From the NCBI GenBank assembly GCA_964602245.1, contig CAZRPY010000005.1, positions 6,176 to 70,175 of the forward strand: DNA of 64,000 nucleotides, given 5' to 3'. The position numbers and the translations under genes were made by a program. Of the stretch, positions 9,946 through 21,043 are shown piece by piece (the stretch's first letter is position 1; each line of letters starts with the position of its first letter). The stretch is from an uncultured Methanosarcinales archaeon. GTDB lineage: Archaea; Nanobdellota; Nanobdellia; Woesearchaeales; JACPIF01. The notes under the pieces were generated by a model. It was given only the letters and a program-made list of their open reading frames with translations. It was not told where the DNA came from and did no database searches.

Positions 9946-10668
9946 ATGGATACTGAAATCCTAATAGAGATTGGCCTAACAGCTATAGAAACCAAAGTTT
10001 ATCTCACGCTTTTAGATATTGGGACTTCACTAGCAGGAAATATTGCACAGAAATCAGGGATACATAGGAGAACTGTATACGACGCTCTTGAGAGATTGAT
10101 TGAAAAAGGGCTTGTCACTTATATAAAAATGAATAACAGGCAGTACTACAAAGCTGTGCACCCGTCTAGGCTAAAAGACATATTAAAAGAAAAAGAAGAC
10201 ATTATTAGTAAAATAATTCCTGAGCTTGAAGCTAAATACAATTCATTACAGGAAAAGGAGGAAACATTATTCTTTAAAGGCAGGGAAGGCTTGAAAGCTG
10301 TTTTTGAAGACATGATAAAGAAAAGAGCTGAGATCCTAGTCTTAGGAGCATCTCCTGATGCTTATGATATACTAAAATATTACTTCTTCAAGTTTGATGC
10401 TGAAAGAAAAAGAAATAAAATATCTAGCAAGCTTATTTTCACTGACAGGGCTAGAGGAATAAAAGAGCTTCACAAAGTTCCATTAGCCAAAATCAAATAT
10501 CTGCCAAACAGTTTTGATAATCCAATGGCTATTAACATATACGGCAATAATGTTGCAATTGTCTTGTGGAGAAGTGAAAATCCATTTGCTGTATTAATAA
10601 GAGATGAAGTAGTAGCTAACAGCTATAAAAAGCATTTTGAGCTTATGTGGGGGATTGCTAAGAGATAA
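9946..10668 (+). CDS. TrmB-family transcriptional regulator
   Basis: N-terminal wHTH (GIHRRTVYDALERLIEKGLV) plus PLD-like effector domain. Confidence 0.9.
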   Translation: MDTEILIEIGLTAIETKVYLTLLDIGTSLAGNIAQKSGIHRRTVYDALERLIEKGLVTYIKMNNRQYYKAVHPSRLKDILKEKEDIISKIIPELEAKYNSLQEKEETLFFKGREGLKAVFEDMIKKRAEILVLGASPDAYDILKYYFFKFDAERKRNKISSKLIFTDRARGIKELHKVPLAKIKYLPNSFDNPMAINIYGNNVAIVLWRSENPFAVLIRDEVVANSYKKHFELMWGIAKR

Positions 10669-10712
10669 AGTAAAAATACTAAAAGAATTAAAATAATCAA
10701 AAATAATAAAGA

Positions 10713-10854
10713 TTTGCATACCGGGCACGAACTGCGTGCCTTGCTAAGGTCCGCTTACCACGAATGTAATGAGTGGTTCCGGGACAAAGTCACGATATCA
10801 GTTAAGTATTGTGTGCTAGCGGACAGATATACATGATACACAAACGTTTGCAAA
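10713..10854 (+). repeat. structured repeat family 1, copy B
   Basis: TTTGCA..GGCACG/CGTGCC..GTCCGCT/AGCGGAC..TGCAAA. Confidence 0.85.
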
Positions 10855-10933
10855 TTATCTAACTAAAAGTTTATCAAGAAAAAATATTTAAACCAGCCTC
10901 AAATTCTCTAGTAAATCTCCATGAGGTGTACAA

Positions 10934-11734
10934 TTGATTAAAATCGGCATAATAGGTGGCTCTGGTTTGGATGATCCGAAGCTGCTCAAAGACTACAAGG
11001 AAATTGAAGTTATCACTCCATACGGTAAACCCTCTTCTCCACTTACAGCTGGCAAAATTGGAGATAGAGAAGTAGTTATTATTGCAAGGCATGGCAAAGG
11101 CCATACTATTCCTCCAACATGGGTTAATTACAGGGCAAACATCTGGGCACTAAAAGAACAGGGCTGTACTCATATAATTGTAACAACTGCCTGTGGCTCT
11201 TTAAGAGAGCATATAGCTCCAGGTGATTTTATCTTTATTGACCAATTCATTGACAGGACAACACAAAGAATGTCAACATTTTATGATATGGATAAAGGTA
11301 AGGTTTGTCATATCCCAATGGCAGAGCCATTCTGTCACAAGCTAAGAGTTTTACTAGCTGATACTGCAAGAGAGCTTGACTTAAAATATCATGATAAAGG
11401 AACTATAGTTACAATTGAAGGCCCTAGGTTTTCAACTAAAGCAGAGAGCCACATGTTCAGACAATTGGGTGCAGACGTTATTAATATGAGCACAGTTCCA
11501 GAGGTGGTGCTAGCAAGAGAGGCTGGGATTTGTTATGCTTCGATTGCCATGAGCACTGATTATGATGTCTGGAAAGAGCATGAAGAAGGAGTCAATATTG
11601 ACATGGTATTGCAAACAATGCATAAAAATGCAGAAAATGTTAAAAAACTAATTCTGAGAGTTATACCAAAAATAAAATTTACAGAATGCCAATGCAAAGA
11701 GGATATTAAGAGGGCAGTGATTGGTGGGCATTAG
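10934..11734 (+). CDS. mtnP: S-methyl-5'-thioadenosine phosphorylase
   Basis: [38 protein letters not shown]. Confidence 0.95.
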   Translation: MIKIGIIGGSGLDDPKLLKDYKEIEVITPYGKPSSPLTAGKIGDREVVIIARHGKGHTIPPTWVNYRANIWALKEQGCTHIIVTTACGSLREHIAPGDFIFIDQFIDRTTQRMSTFYDMDKGKVCHIPMAEPFCHKLRVLLADTARELDLKYHDKGTIVTIEGPRFSTKAESHMFRQLGADVINMSTVPEVVLAREAGICYASIAMSTDYDVWKEHEEGVNIDMVLQTMHKNAENVKKLILRVIPKIKFTECQCKEDIKRAVIGGH

Positions 11735-12336
11735 GATAACTTACCAGTTAATACTAAATTTTTCAAGTCCTCAGTCATCTGTTCTTCAGTCTTAAATGGT
11801 TTAATGTACCTAATAAATTCTATTCCTGTGCCTCTATATTTAGACTTTATACCGTCAAATCTCGCTAAAGCTGCCGGAAGTGTAATACGCTCTTCCAATG
11901 GCATTCTAGGATCCATTTCTGGTGTTATAAAAATATTAGTTCCTCGTACACCATTCTCTTGCATAAATGCTGCACTTGCTCCAATCATAATTTCAGGTGG
12001 AACTAAAGTTTTTGCATAGAGATCTTCTCTCTGCTGGTTGAGATATTCAGTAAGAGCAGGAGGAGGTAGTGCAAACTCATGGACATATGAGTCAGGATTA
12101 CCAAATGTTCGTTTTACTTCTTGAAAGAGTAAAGATGCATCAAATTCAAGACTATTATTATATTCAACAACTATAGCAGATGCCCCTAATTCATCTTTTA
12201 ACAGATAAGCTGGGCAAGATTCAGCTGTACCCAATGCAACTAAAGCACCTTCTCTAACAAGAGTACGAGCAAGAAGACTACCTATGGGTGTTAACGCATT
12301 TCCAATAACAATAACTTTTCCTTCTAATTGTTTCAT
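11731..12336 (-). CDS. divergent SDR/Rossmann-like protein
   Basis: [30 protein letters not shown] resembles a degenerate SDR N-terminus. Confidence 0.5.
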   Translation of the reverse strand: MKQLEGKVIVIGNALTPIGSLLARTLVREGALVALGTAESCPAYLLKDELGASAIVVEYNNSLEFDASLLFQEVKRTFGNPDSYVHEFALPPPALTEYLNQQREDLYAKTLVPPEIMIGASAAFMQENGVRGTNIFITPEMDPRMPLEERITLPAALARFDGIKSKYRGTGIEFIRYIKPFKTEEQMTEDLKNLVLTGKLS

Positions 12337-12444
12337 TGATCCTTGAAAATTAAACGCAATTTATAAACCTTACTCCAGAAAACTATAAATAATACATTAA
12401 ATTGCTAGGTTATAGGTGTAATTAGGTGATATAAGGGTGGTATA

Positions 12445-12972
12445 ATGGATATAAAGAGCAAAATCCGCACAATCCCGGACTGGCCAAAGCCAGGGATAAT
12501 GTTCAGGGATATAACTACTCTTCTCCAAGATCCAGAAGGTTTTGAATTCGTAATAGATGAATTCTATAATAGGTACAAAAATGCAGACATAGATATTGTT
12601 GCGGGCATTGAAAGCAGAGGCTTCATAATTGGCGGGGCTATTGCCTATAAGCTTAAAAAAGGTTTTGTTCCAATTAGGAAAGCAGGCAAGCTTCCTCATA
12701 AGACAGAGCAAGAGGATTACGAGCTTGAATATGCAAAAGCTACTATAGAGGTTCATACCGATGCCATCCATAAAGGCTCAAAGGTGCTGCTTATAGACGA
12801 TTTGATTGCAACAGCGGGAACCTGTGGGGCTGCTATCAATCTCATTAAAAGATTAGGTGGAGATATTGTCGAATGTGCATTTATAATAGAATTACCAGAC
12901 TTGAAAGGCAGGGAAAGGCTAGAGAACAAGGGATATAAGGTATTCTCATTAATCGAGTTCGAGGGAGAGTAA
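12445..12972 (+). CDS. apt: adenine phosphoribosyltransferase
   Basis: PDWPKPGIMFRDIT, GIESRGF, LIDDLIATAGT. Confidence 0.96.
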   Translation: MDIKSKIRTIPDWPKPGIMFRDITTLLQDPEGFEFVIDEFYNRYKNADIDIVAGIESRGFIIGGAIAYKLKKGFVPIRKAGKLPHKTEQEDYELEYAKATIEVHTDAIHKGSKVLLIDDLIATAGTCGAAINLIKRLGGDIVECAFIIELPDLKGRERLENKGYKVFSLIEFEGE

Positions 12973-13136
12973 CCTTTTTATTTTATTCAGTTTAGGTTCA
13001 AGGTTCCTTAGCCTGTCAATAATTAGTAAGGGATACAATTGATACCCATTGTCATCCAAGACCTTTCTTTTTGTATGGAAGAGACAAGTTGAAGGGCTAT
13101 AATATATTCTCGCTGATTGAATACGATAAAGAATAG

Positions 13137-13853
13137 CTACACAAGCTTCCCTCTTTGCCAATCCTCCAGGATCTTGCGCGCCATTCTTTCAATATCAGGC
13201 TGCTGTCCTCTGATAAACAATTTCTTTTTCACAGCAAGTTTCTCCAACACTTCATAAGAGTCGCCTTCAGCCTCAATTCCATAGTGCTCCTCTATCAAGT
13301 CAGGATTCTGCTCTATGAATTCCATGGCGAAGATATCAGGATCTCGCAATTCATGCGGATTCTTCGAGCCAATTGCAACATGTTTGGCAGTATTCTTTTC
13401 TGCATAGGGAATCACTCCTGGTGTGTCAAGAAGGTATATTTTGCCTGCCTTGAACCGCTGCACCCCTCTTGTCATGCCCGCAACACTGCTAACTCTAGCG
13501 CTTGACCTTCCTTTAATCAGGTTAATGACAGAGCTCTTACCCACATTTGGATATCCTAACACGCCTACTTTACATTCCTTTCCTTTACTTAACTCAAGAA
13601 TTTTCTTATATAGCTTTGTGCCGCCCCATCTCTTTGTTGATGACACCACTACCCCAGACTTCAGCATCGCAAAATGGTCAGCACTGAGTAAATCTGCTTT
13701 ATTATAAACATACAGCAGTTTCTTGCCAGCTCTCCTCACCTTATCCTCAACTTCTGCATTCCTTGTTTCATCTGGCATCCGAGCATCTAATACAAGCAGA
13801 ATAATATCACTCCGCGCAATGACCTTGTTGACAATGTTCCAATAATTGGCCAT
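13137..13853 (-). CDS. circularly permuted GTPase (YlqF/RbgA family)
   Basis: DAR, NKAD, GYPNVGKSS, DTPG in permuted order. Confidence 0.93.
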   Translation of the reverse strand: MANYWNIVNKVIARSDIILLVLDARMPDETRNAEVEDKVRRAGKKLLYVYNKADLLSADHFAMLKSGVVVSSTKRWGGTKLYKKILELSKGKECKVGVLGYPNVGKSSVINLIKGRSSARVSSVAGMTRGVQRFKAGKIYLLDTPGVIPYAEKNTAKHVAIGSKNPHELRDPDIFAMEFIEQNPDLIEEHYGIEAEGDSYEVLEKLAVKKKLFIRGQQPDIERMARKILEDWQRGKLV

Positions 13854-14132
13854 TTTCTAAAAGAATATGGCTAGTTCTAAAAATGTTTGCATACATAATA
13901 AGCCATAATTTATATACTACCCTGCTTCTCTATGACTGTAACTCTTTATTCTCTGAATAAAGTCTACAACTACATATGACTCCACTAATCAGAAAATATA
14001 ACACTGTAACAAAATGCAAACTGTGTCATATTAGCATGCTAAATGCTGCTCCAAGAGTATATTATTGTGATAATTGTCAGAAAAGGATTAATAAAAGAGA
14101 TTAGTCAAAAAGAGAAATAAAATAATAAAAAC

Positions 14133-15344
14133 TTAATAACTAACCTTAACCTTATGCTTCTCAGTAATGCCAGCCTCTTTCCTCAATATATCTGCATAAG
14201 TTGTTTGTTCCCATGTAAAGTCTGGATCATTCCTACCAAAATGCCCATAAGCTGCTGTTTTCTTATAGATTGGCCTTCTAAGCTTTAATGTTTCAATAAT
14301 CCATTTTGGAGTAAGCTTAAAATGCTTCTTAACTAGCTCAACTATTTTTTCTTCTGGAATCTTATTAGTTCCAAAAGTATCAACATTAATTGATGTAGGC
14401 TCAGCAACACCTATTGCATAAGATAATTGCACTTCACATTTATCAGCTAATCCTGCTGCTACAATATTTTTTGCCACCCATCTTGCAGAATACGCTCCTG
14501 ATCTATCAACTTTCGTTGGATCTTTCCCTGAGAAAGCTCCGCCACCATGTCTGCCTATACCTCCATAAGTATCCACAATAATCTTTCTGCCAGTAACTCC
14601 TGTATCACCCTCAGGCCCTCCAATGACAAATTTTCCAGTTGCATTTATATGGAACCTTGTATCATCATCCAGCAACATCTGCCCGGTCTTATGTCTATAT
14701 TCTTCAAAAACTGGTTTTATAACCTTTTCAATTATATCCTTCCTTATCTGATGCTGGCTCACATACTCTCTATGTTGCTGTGCAATTACAATTGCATCAA
14801 CTCTTACTTGCTTATCATCTTGATATTCGACAGTGACTTGGCTCTTGCCATCTGGGCCAATATAATCAATTACTCCTTTCTTTCTAACCTCAGCCAATTT
14901 CCTTGTTAAGGCATGTGCAAGCATTATAGGCAATGGCATTAACTCTGGAGTCTCATTTGTAGCAAATCCATACATCATTCCTTGGTCACCAGCACCTTGC
15001 TCCTTGCTTTCTCCTTCATCCACACCTTGCGCAATATCCGGACTTTGCCCATGAATGCTAACCAAAACACCAGCATCCTCACAATCAATACCATATTGAG
15101 GATCAGTGTATCCAATTTCTTTTAATGTCTGCCTTACTATTTTCTGTATATCAGCAAAGCCTCTAGTTGTAACCTCTCCAGCAACTACAACTAAGCCCGT
15201 TGTGGTTAGAGTTTCAACAGCAACCCGAGAATAAGGGTCCTGAGTATATAATTCATCTAAGATTGCATCGCTAATTTGGTCTGCGATTTTATCGGGATGC
15301 CCTTCCGTTACACTTTCCGAGGTGAAATATTCTACTTTTACCAT
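14133..15344 (-). CDS. metK: S-adenosylmethionine synthetase, bacterial type
   Basis: [28 protein letters not shown]; GAGGTG RBS before ATG at 15344. Confidence 0.97.
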   Translation of the reverse strand: MVKVEYFTSESVTEGHPDKIADQISDAILDELYTQDPYSRVAVETLTTTGLVVVAGEVTTRGFADIQKIVRQTLKEIGYTDPQYGIDCEDAGVLVSIHGQSPDIAQGVDEGESKEQGAGDQGMMYGFATNETPELMPLPIMLAHALTRKLAEVRKKGVIDYIGPDGKSQVTVEYQDDKQVRVDAIVIAQQHREYVSQHQIRKDIIEKVIKPVFEEYRHKTGQMLLDDDTRFHINATGKFVIGGPEGDTGVTGRKIIVDTYGGIGRHGGGAFSGKDPTKVDRSGAYSARWVAKNIVAAGLADKCEVQLSYAIGVAEPTSINVDTFGTNKIPEEKIVELVKKHFKLTPKWIIETLKLRRPIYKKTAAYGHFGRNDPDFTWEQTTYADILRKEAGITEKHKVKVSY

Positions 15345-15463
15345 AGAATTCACCTCATATATAGCATATATAGCATATATACCATACAACCAAAACCCTT
15401 GTACCTTATATAAAGTTTTGTGAATAAAATATTCCGATAGGAATAATTAACTAGCTAAATTAT

Positions 15464-15891
15464 TTAGGAAACGTACCTTAATAAAATAGCATTAGGATCG
15501 TATACTCCTTTTACTTCACCTGATAAGTAAAGAATTTCTCCTTTTCTTGCTTCAACGGAAAGCCTAATTAATTTTACATTGCCCTCTTCTCTGATTTCGT
15601 CAACTTGAAAGACTAATTCTGCTATATCACCAGCATACAAAGGTTTTAAGTATCTCACATTCTCACTAAATAGAAAAGCACCTGGAACCTCTTTACTTGC
15701 CAATCCAACTAAAGTACCTGTAATTAAGCCCCCAGGAACAACTGTTTTTTCTAAACCTTTTTTCTTGCATATTCTATAGAGGTATGAATAGGATTAGAAT
15801 CCCCTACTAGTACACCATATTGAAAAATTTCATCTACACTAAATTCTCTGTGTACAATTTTTTGCTGCCCTTCGACTAATACTCGTACCAT
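15464..15891 (-). pseudogene. MaoC-family hotdog dehydratase split by a -1 frameshift
   Basis: MVRVL..GDSNPIH..YARKKV* then -1 frame GLEKTVVPGG..YLKPLYAGD; break at A-AAA-AAG (~15757-15763). Confidence 0.75.
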
Positions 15892-16008
15892 TTTTATTTG
15901 CTAATTGACATCTTATTTATAAATCTTATTACAAATCCCACAAAAGTCGAACTTATTCTACTTATTCTTAGTAAAATATTTAAATAACCTTATTATTCCT
16001 AACAGAAT

Positions 16009-16557
16009 ATGGCAATTGAGCTTAATGAAATAAAGCATGTAAGGAAGAGGTTTGGATTGACGCAGACGCAACTGGCAAACAAAGCTGAAGTCTCTCAAAG
16101 CCTTATTGCAAAGATAGAGTCTGGCAGGATTGACCCTACATACAGCAAGACAAAGAAGATATTTGAAGTTTTGGACAGCTTAACCCATGAAAAGGATATT
16201 AAAGCTGAAGAAATAATGAATCCAAAAGTGATATCTTTGCATCCAGATGATAATATTAAAGATGCCATTAAGAAGATTAAGCAATATGGAATTTCCCAGC
16301 TTCCAGTTTTAACAAATCATAAAGTAATAGGAACAATCTCTGAAGCAACATTACTTAATGCATTATTGCAAAAGAAAGGCAAGATTGTAAGGGATTTAAT
16401 GGACGATGCCCCTCCCATAGTCACCAAAAAAGCCTCTATCAAGATTATATCAAACCTATTAACATTCTATCCAATGGTATTGGTAGCAGATGATGGAAAA
16501 TTGGAAGGTGTTATAACTAAATCAGATGTTTTAACTAAATTGTATAAAACTGTATAA
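16009..16557 (+). CDS. XRE-HTH + CBS-domain transcriptional regulator
   Basis: GLTQTQLANKAEVSQSLIAKIESGRIDP plus tandem CBS domains. Confidence 0.93.
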   Translation: MAIELNEIKHVRKRFGLTQTQLANKAEVSQSLIAKIESGRIDPTYSKTKKIFEVLDSLTHEKDIKAEEIMNPKVISLHPDDNIKDAIKKIKQYGISQLPVLTNHKVIGTISEATLLNALLQKKGKIVRDLMDDAPPIVTKKASIKIISNLLTFYPMVLVADDGKLEGVITKSDVLTKLYKTV

Positions 16558-16567
16558 AATTTTAAAT

Positions 16568-17323
16568 TTATCTACCCATTCTCTTTATCTGTCTTAATTT
16601 CCCAAACTTATAAACCTCATCAGCCACAATAAAGGCTTCAAATTCATCTAAATTCTGATGTAAATAAGGGCTCAGTAATTTCTCTTTAATCACATCTGTT
16701 CCTTCTGTTACAACATTAAAAGAGGGCAGTACTATCAATTCTTTACCCTTCCATTTACCATGTAAAAAGCATTTATACACCTCAGTCCTTATTCCATCTC
16801 TCAAGGATACTGCAGGATGCTCATTACTTATTATTACTATCTCACATAATGGAAAATTCTCAGGAATTTTATCACCATGTATAAAAAATATTTTTTTATC
16901 ATCAGTTAAATAACTCTCAACTAGCTTTACATTTCTCTTTCTTGCTATAGGCCCAAGTATTGTATCATGATTTCCTTTTACTAATATTATTTCCTTACAT
17001 TTATTACTTAAATAATCCAGAAATTCTAAAGTCTCTTTCCATTCTTGATTAGATATATTGCCAAACTCATGCTTAAGGTCTCCATTAATAATAATAGTGT
17101 TAATATCACCATTTACATTATCTATAATATTCCTGATTCTTTTCATTGTTTCTTGGAACTGAAACCTTGGCACTAAAATTCCTTGCTTATTAAGTGCCTC
17201 TTCATACCCTATATGCACATCCCCAAATACAAGAATTCTATAGTCCTTCAAGTATAATGCAACATCAATTATTTCAAAGCCCTTTTTGAGTTCTATATGC
17301 TTGTTATTTGTTTTATTTGGCAT
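16568..17323 (-). CDS. metallophosphoesterase
   Basis: DVHIG, NGDLKH, GNHD, HG, EHP motifs. Confidence 0.92.
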   Translation of the reverse strand: MPNKTNNKHIELKKGFEIIDVALYLKDYRILVFGDVHIGYEEALNKQGILVPRFQFQETMKRIRNIIDNVNGDINTIIINGDLKHEFGNISNQEWKETLEFLDYLSNKCKEIILVKGNHDTILGPIARKRNVKLVESYLTDDKKIFFIHGDKIPENFPLCEIVIISNEHPAVSLRDGIRTEVYKCFLHGKWKGKELIVLPSFNVVTEGTDVIKEKLLSPYLHQNLDEFEAFIVADEVYKFGKLRQIKRMGR

Positions 17324-17385
17324 AATCTGGAATAATGCTAATTCTTTTAAAAACCTTTATAAACATTTAATAAATTCTTTGCATT

Positions 17386-17694
17386 ATGGACATAAAAGAT
17401 ATTCAAGACAGAGTAATAAAATTTGCACAGAAAAGAGCAGAGGCCAAGAAATTCAAGTTTTCTCCAGAGCTTTCCTACATACATCTGACTGAAGAAATTG
17501 GAGAAATTGCAAGGCAACTATCCAACAAGCAAATCAGGCCTGAGCTATATAACGAAGAAAATCTTAAGGAAGAGATTGTAGATGTAATTCTTGAATCATT
17601 AATACTTGCTTATATTTGTAAAGTAGATTTAGATAAGGATATTAAGAAAAAGATTGATGAATTATTTAGGAAGCATGGGTTTGGTGAAGATTAG
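17386..17694 (+). CDS. MazG-like NTP pyrophosphohydrolase
   Basis: LTEEIGEIA..EEIVDV. Confidence 0.88.
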   Translation: MDIKDIQDRVIKFAQKRAEAKKFKFSPELSYIHLTEEIGEIARQLSNKQIRPELYNEENLKEEIVDVILESLILAYICKVDLDKDIKKKIDELFRKHGFGED

Positions 17695-17748
17695 TATTAT
17701 TAAATTCGTATAGGGTACTTAATAAAATTTAATTTTTTAGACTATAAA

Positions 17749-18177
17749 ATGCTACCAGAACAATTTCAAGAAAAAACCGAGAATATAATAAAACCCTATG
17801 GAATAGCGGTAAGACAGTCTCTCAGTGGATCTGTTTATATAAAACTACCTCGTGCTTCACTATATTGCTATGAAAGACATTCTATTGTCATAAACCCCAA
17901 TCATGGTACTCTTACATACCAAAGTGTATCCGGATATCCTTTAGCTTTCATAAGATACGACTTGACAACAGAAGTTGTAACTGAAGTTTGTATAGAAAAT
18001 TTATATCTAGACCATAGGGTTACTGAAACTGTTGAATCTGCTTTCCACGCAATACAAACTATGAATCTTGAAGACAGTATCTATGCCTTCTGCCGTGCTT
18101 TAGCGATGGCCAGAGAAAATCCGTTGCCTACAGCCCCACCTGCAAAGATTTACACTATAGCCCGGCATAGAAGATAA
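17749..18177 (+). CDS. hypothetical protein
   Basis: 142-aa ORF, no motif recognised. Confidence 0.55.
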   Translation: MLPEQFQEKTENIIKPYGIAVRQSLSGSVYIKLPRASLYCYERHSIVINPNHGTLTYQSVSGYPLAFIRYDLTTEVVTEVCIENLYLDHRVTETVESAFHAIQTMNLEDSIYAFCRALAMARENPLPTAPPAKIYTIARHRR

Positions 18178-18189
18178 ATTAATCAACAA

Positions 18190-19449
18190 TCAAACACCAA
18201 TTCTAGCACTTAACTCAGGAAACAAAGTCAACACAGCAAGCAACAATCCAAGCATAATCACAATCACGCACCCAGCCCATGCAATTATATTAAATAATTT
18301 AGAATTAACATGCCTGCCCATAACTTGTTTATTATTAGTTAGTATCAGCATAGGTATTAAGATAAATGGCAGCAATAATCCGTTAATGACCTGAGAAACA
18401 AGCATAACTTTTATCAGTGGAATTCCAGGAATTAAAACTAAACCTGCAGAGCCTATAATTATTGCAAGGAATATTGTATAATATTCAGGTGCTTCTTTAA
18501 ACTTTTTATTTAATCCATTCTCCCATCCCATGCCTTCAGTAACAGAATAAGCTGTTGATATGGGCAGTATCATTGCTCCAAATAATGCAGCTCCAAACAA
18601 GCCAATAGCAAACAAATAAGATGCATACTGCCCTGCAACTGGTGCTAATGCTGCTGCTGCATCTCCTGCATCATTAATTACTATTCCTGCAGCAAATAAT
18701 GTAACTGCACAAGTAACAATAATAAAAAAAGAGATAAGATTTGTCATTATTGCGCCTAGCCACACCTCAACCCTTGAATATTTGTATTCTTCCTCTTTAA
18801 TCCCTTTCTCGACAATAGTAGATTGCAAAAAGAACTGCATCCAAGGTGTTATATTAGTCCCAATCAATCCAATCAGAATAAATAAATATGGTATACTAAG
18901 TGTAAAATCCGGAACAAAAGCTGCTTTAATCACCTCATTCCAATCAGGCTTTAAGTAGATAGCTGATATAACATATGTAGAATAGAACAATATCATTACC
19001 AAGAATACCTTCTCTAATGTCTTATAGTTAGATTTTATTACAAAGAAACTAGTTACTAGTAAAACAAGAGGTATAACTGTATATTTGCTAATTCCAAATA
19101 TACCTGAGGCAGCTGCAATGCCTGCAAACTCTGCAACAGTAGTTGAGAAGTTAGCCACCACCAATCCCAACATGATATATGCAGTTATTCTTACTCCAAA
19201 ATTCTCTCTTATTAAATCTGAAAGCCCTTTTCCAGTCACAGCCCCCATTCTTGCGCACATTTCCTGAGTCATTGCAAGAAGTATCGTAATAGGAATTAGT
19301 GTCCATAGTAAAGAAAGCCCAAAATGCGCTCCTGCAACTGAGAATGTTGCTATTCCTCCAGCATCATTGTCAACATTAGCTGTAATTATCCCAGGCCCCA
19401 TTACAGCAAGAAAAAGCAACAATGCCTTGAGATTAATTTTATTTTTCAT
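18190..19449 (-). CDS. NRAMP-family divalent metal transporter
   Basis: GPGIITANVDNDAGG, GTNITPWMQFF; multi-TM. Confidence 0.93.
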   Translation of the reverse strand: MKNKINLKALLLFLAVMGPGIITANVDNDAGGIATFSVAGAHFGLSLLWTLIPITILLAMTQEMCARMGAVTGKGLSDLIRENFGVRITAYIMLGLVVANFSTTVAEFAGIAAASGIFGISKYTVIPLVLLVTSFFVIKSNYKTLEKVFLVMILFYSTYVISAIYLKPDWNEVIKAAFVPDFTLSIPYLFILIGLIGTNITPWMQFFLQSTIVEKGIKEEEYKYSRVEVWLGAIMTNLISFFIIVTCAVTLFAAGIVINDAGDAAAALAPVAGQYASYLFAIGLFGAALFGAMILPISTAYSVTEGMGWENGLNKKFKEAPEYYTIFLAIIIGSAGLVLIPGIPLIKVMLVSQVINGLLLPFILIPMLILTNNKQVMGRHVNSKLFNIIAWAGCVIVIMLGLLLAVLTLFPELSARIGV

Positions 19450-20956
19450 TATATTCTAGGATCTTGCTTTTGTCAAAACCAATCTTGATTTTCTTATTCC
19501 TTAAATTTCTAAATCTTTCTAGCTGTCTTATTCTTATAAATTCGTCTATATCCCTAAGAACCTGTCCAATCTCTTTGAAAAGTGTTTTATATACTGGCTG
19601 TTTCTCAGCAACAATTGCTTCTTCAGTCTGCACTATTTTCTTTCCGCTTTCAGTCAACACCTCCTCAATATTTAAGATTCCTTTTATCCTATGCTCTGAA
19701 TCCACAACCGGCAATGCAAGTATATCGTATTTAGCCATTATATCAGTTGCCTCTTTTATTGAATTATTTGTCTTTATACTTATGACTCTCTTTTTCATAA
19801 CATCTTGCACTAAAGCATCTGGATGCGCTAAGACTATATCTCTAAGCGATAACACCCCTACCAAATAATTATCCTCTTCAACAACATAAATATAATGCAA
19901 GATTCTTGGCTTTAACTCCATCTTCCTCAGATAGTCAATAGTCTTCCTTATTGTGAAGTTCTTTGGAACTGCTACATATCTTAAAGATAAAAGCCTGCCT
20001 GCTGACTCAGATGGATAAGTCAGAAGCTCTTTTATCACAACTGAAATCTCTGGCTTCATTAATCCAAGCAGCCTTATTTGTTTTTCGTCATCCACTAAGC
20101 TAAGAACATCTGCAGCCTTATGCCTTGACATTTTCTCAATAATTAAAGCTGCCCTTTTCTCATCTAAGCTATATACCACACTCTTTTTTACAAAATCCTC
20201 AGCCTCTTCAAGGATTCTTGCAGCAGTTCTACTGTTTATTGATTTAAAGACAGACTGCCTTTCCTTAACACTTAACTCTTCCAGTAAATCAGCAAGATCA
20301 GCAGGATGCAGCTCAGATATCTGAGGCATTGCAATATTAATCCTTATTCTCTTTAAGCTATCATTTAATGGCTCTATATTACTCCAAGGCACTAACTGAT
20401 CCTTAATTCTTAACCAATCAACAAGCTTTTTCAACCCTATTCTCCTCAATATTCCTTTCCACCCGATATCTATGCTGACAAGGTTAAACTTATCCTTAAT
20501 CTTTGCTAGTGCAATATCATTCACTCTAATTACTTTTAATCCATTTACGTCAACTAACTGCTTATCCAAGAGCTTATCTGCAATTAGAATATCGCTATCA
20601 TTTATCCTCTCTTTAGGAATTTTATAGAAGGGCTGAGAAAGAGTAATTTTATGGTTAAATGATGAGATATAAGGCCACATGATTTTAATAAAATACTTAT
20701 CATGCTTACAAATAGCAGCTTCAATAACTGGAAATTTCTCACCAGAGGTTACAACCATATCTGTCAAATAACCCACTTTATGCCCATCTGCATCATACAC
20801 CTTCCTGCCTATTAACTGGCTGAAATAGGTTATATCCCTGGCTTTTTTTGTCTCCTCTAGCTCCCTTAGAAAACTGCCTATTTCCTTAATCAAGGCCTCC
20901 CTCTTCGGCTTTGTCCTTAGCTGAGATTCCATCTGCTGAGAAATCATAACCAACAC
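19439..20956 (-). CDS. PRC-barrel + MgtE N-terminal + CBS-domain protein
   Basis: LHPADLADLLEEL; tandem CBS; overlaps the NRAMP gene start. Confidence 0.88.
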   Translation of the reverse strand: MLVMISQQMESQLRTKPKREALIKEIGSFLRELEETKKARDITYFSQLIGRKVYDADGHKVGYLTDMVVTSGEKFPVIEAAICKHDKYFIKIMWPYISSFNHKITLSQPFYKIPKERINDSDILIADKLLDKQLVDVNGLKVIRVNDIALAKIKDKFNLVSIDIGWKGILRRIGLKKLVDWLRIKDQLVPWSNIEPLNDSLKRIRINIAMPQISELHPADLADLLEELSVKERQSVFKSINSRTAARILEEAEDFVKKSVVYSLDEKRAALIIEKMSRHKAADVLSLVDDEKQIRLLGLMKPEISVVIKELLTYPSESAGRLLSLRYVAVPKNFTIRKTIDYLRKMELKPRILHYIYVVEEDNYLVGVLSLRDIVLAHPDALVQDVMKKRVISIKTNNSIKEATDIMAKYDILALPVVDSEHRIKGILNIEEVLTESGKKIVQTEEAIVAEKQPVYKTLFKEIGQVLRDIDEFIRIRQLERFRNLRNKKIKIGFDKSKILEYNEK

Positions 20957-21043
20957 CTATCAAATTCATTATTATTTTATCTAATGACTAAAAACATAGA
21001 ACTCTAATGATATAAAAATGTTGCGGAAGATATTTTTCGGATA

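Noticed and set aside
13880-14100. Long ylqF-metK spacer as an ncRNA or repeat
   Set aside because: Only weak TTTGCA..TGCAAA ends; none of the conserved family stems are recognisable.
15345-15460. SAM riboswitch upstream of metK
   Set aside because: The leader is short and AT-rich with no SAM-I/II consensus.
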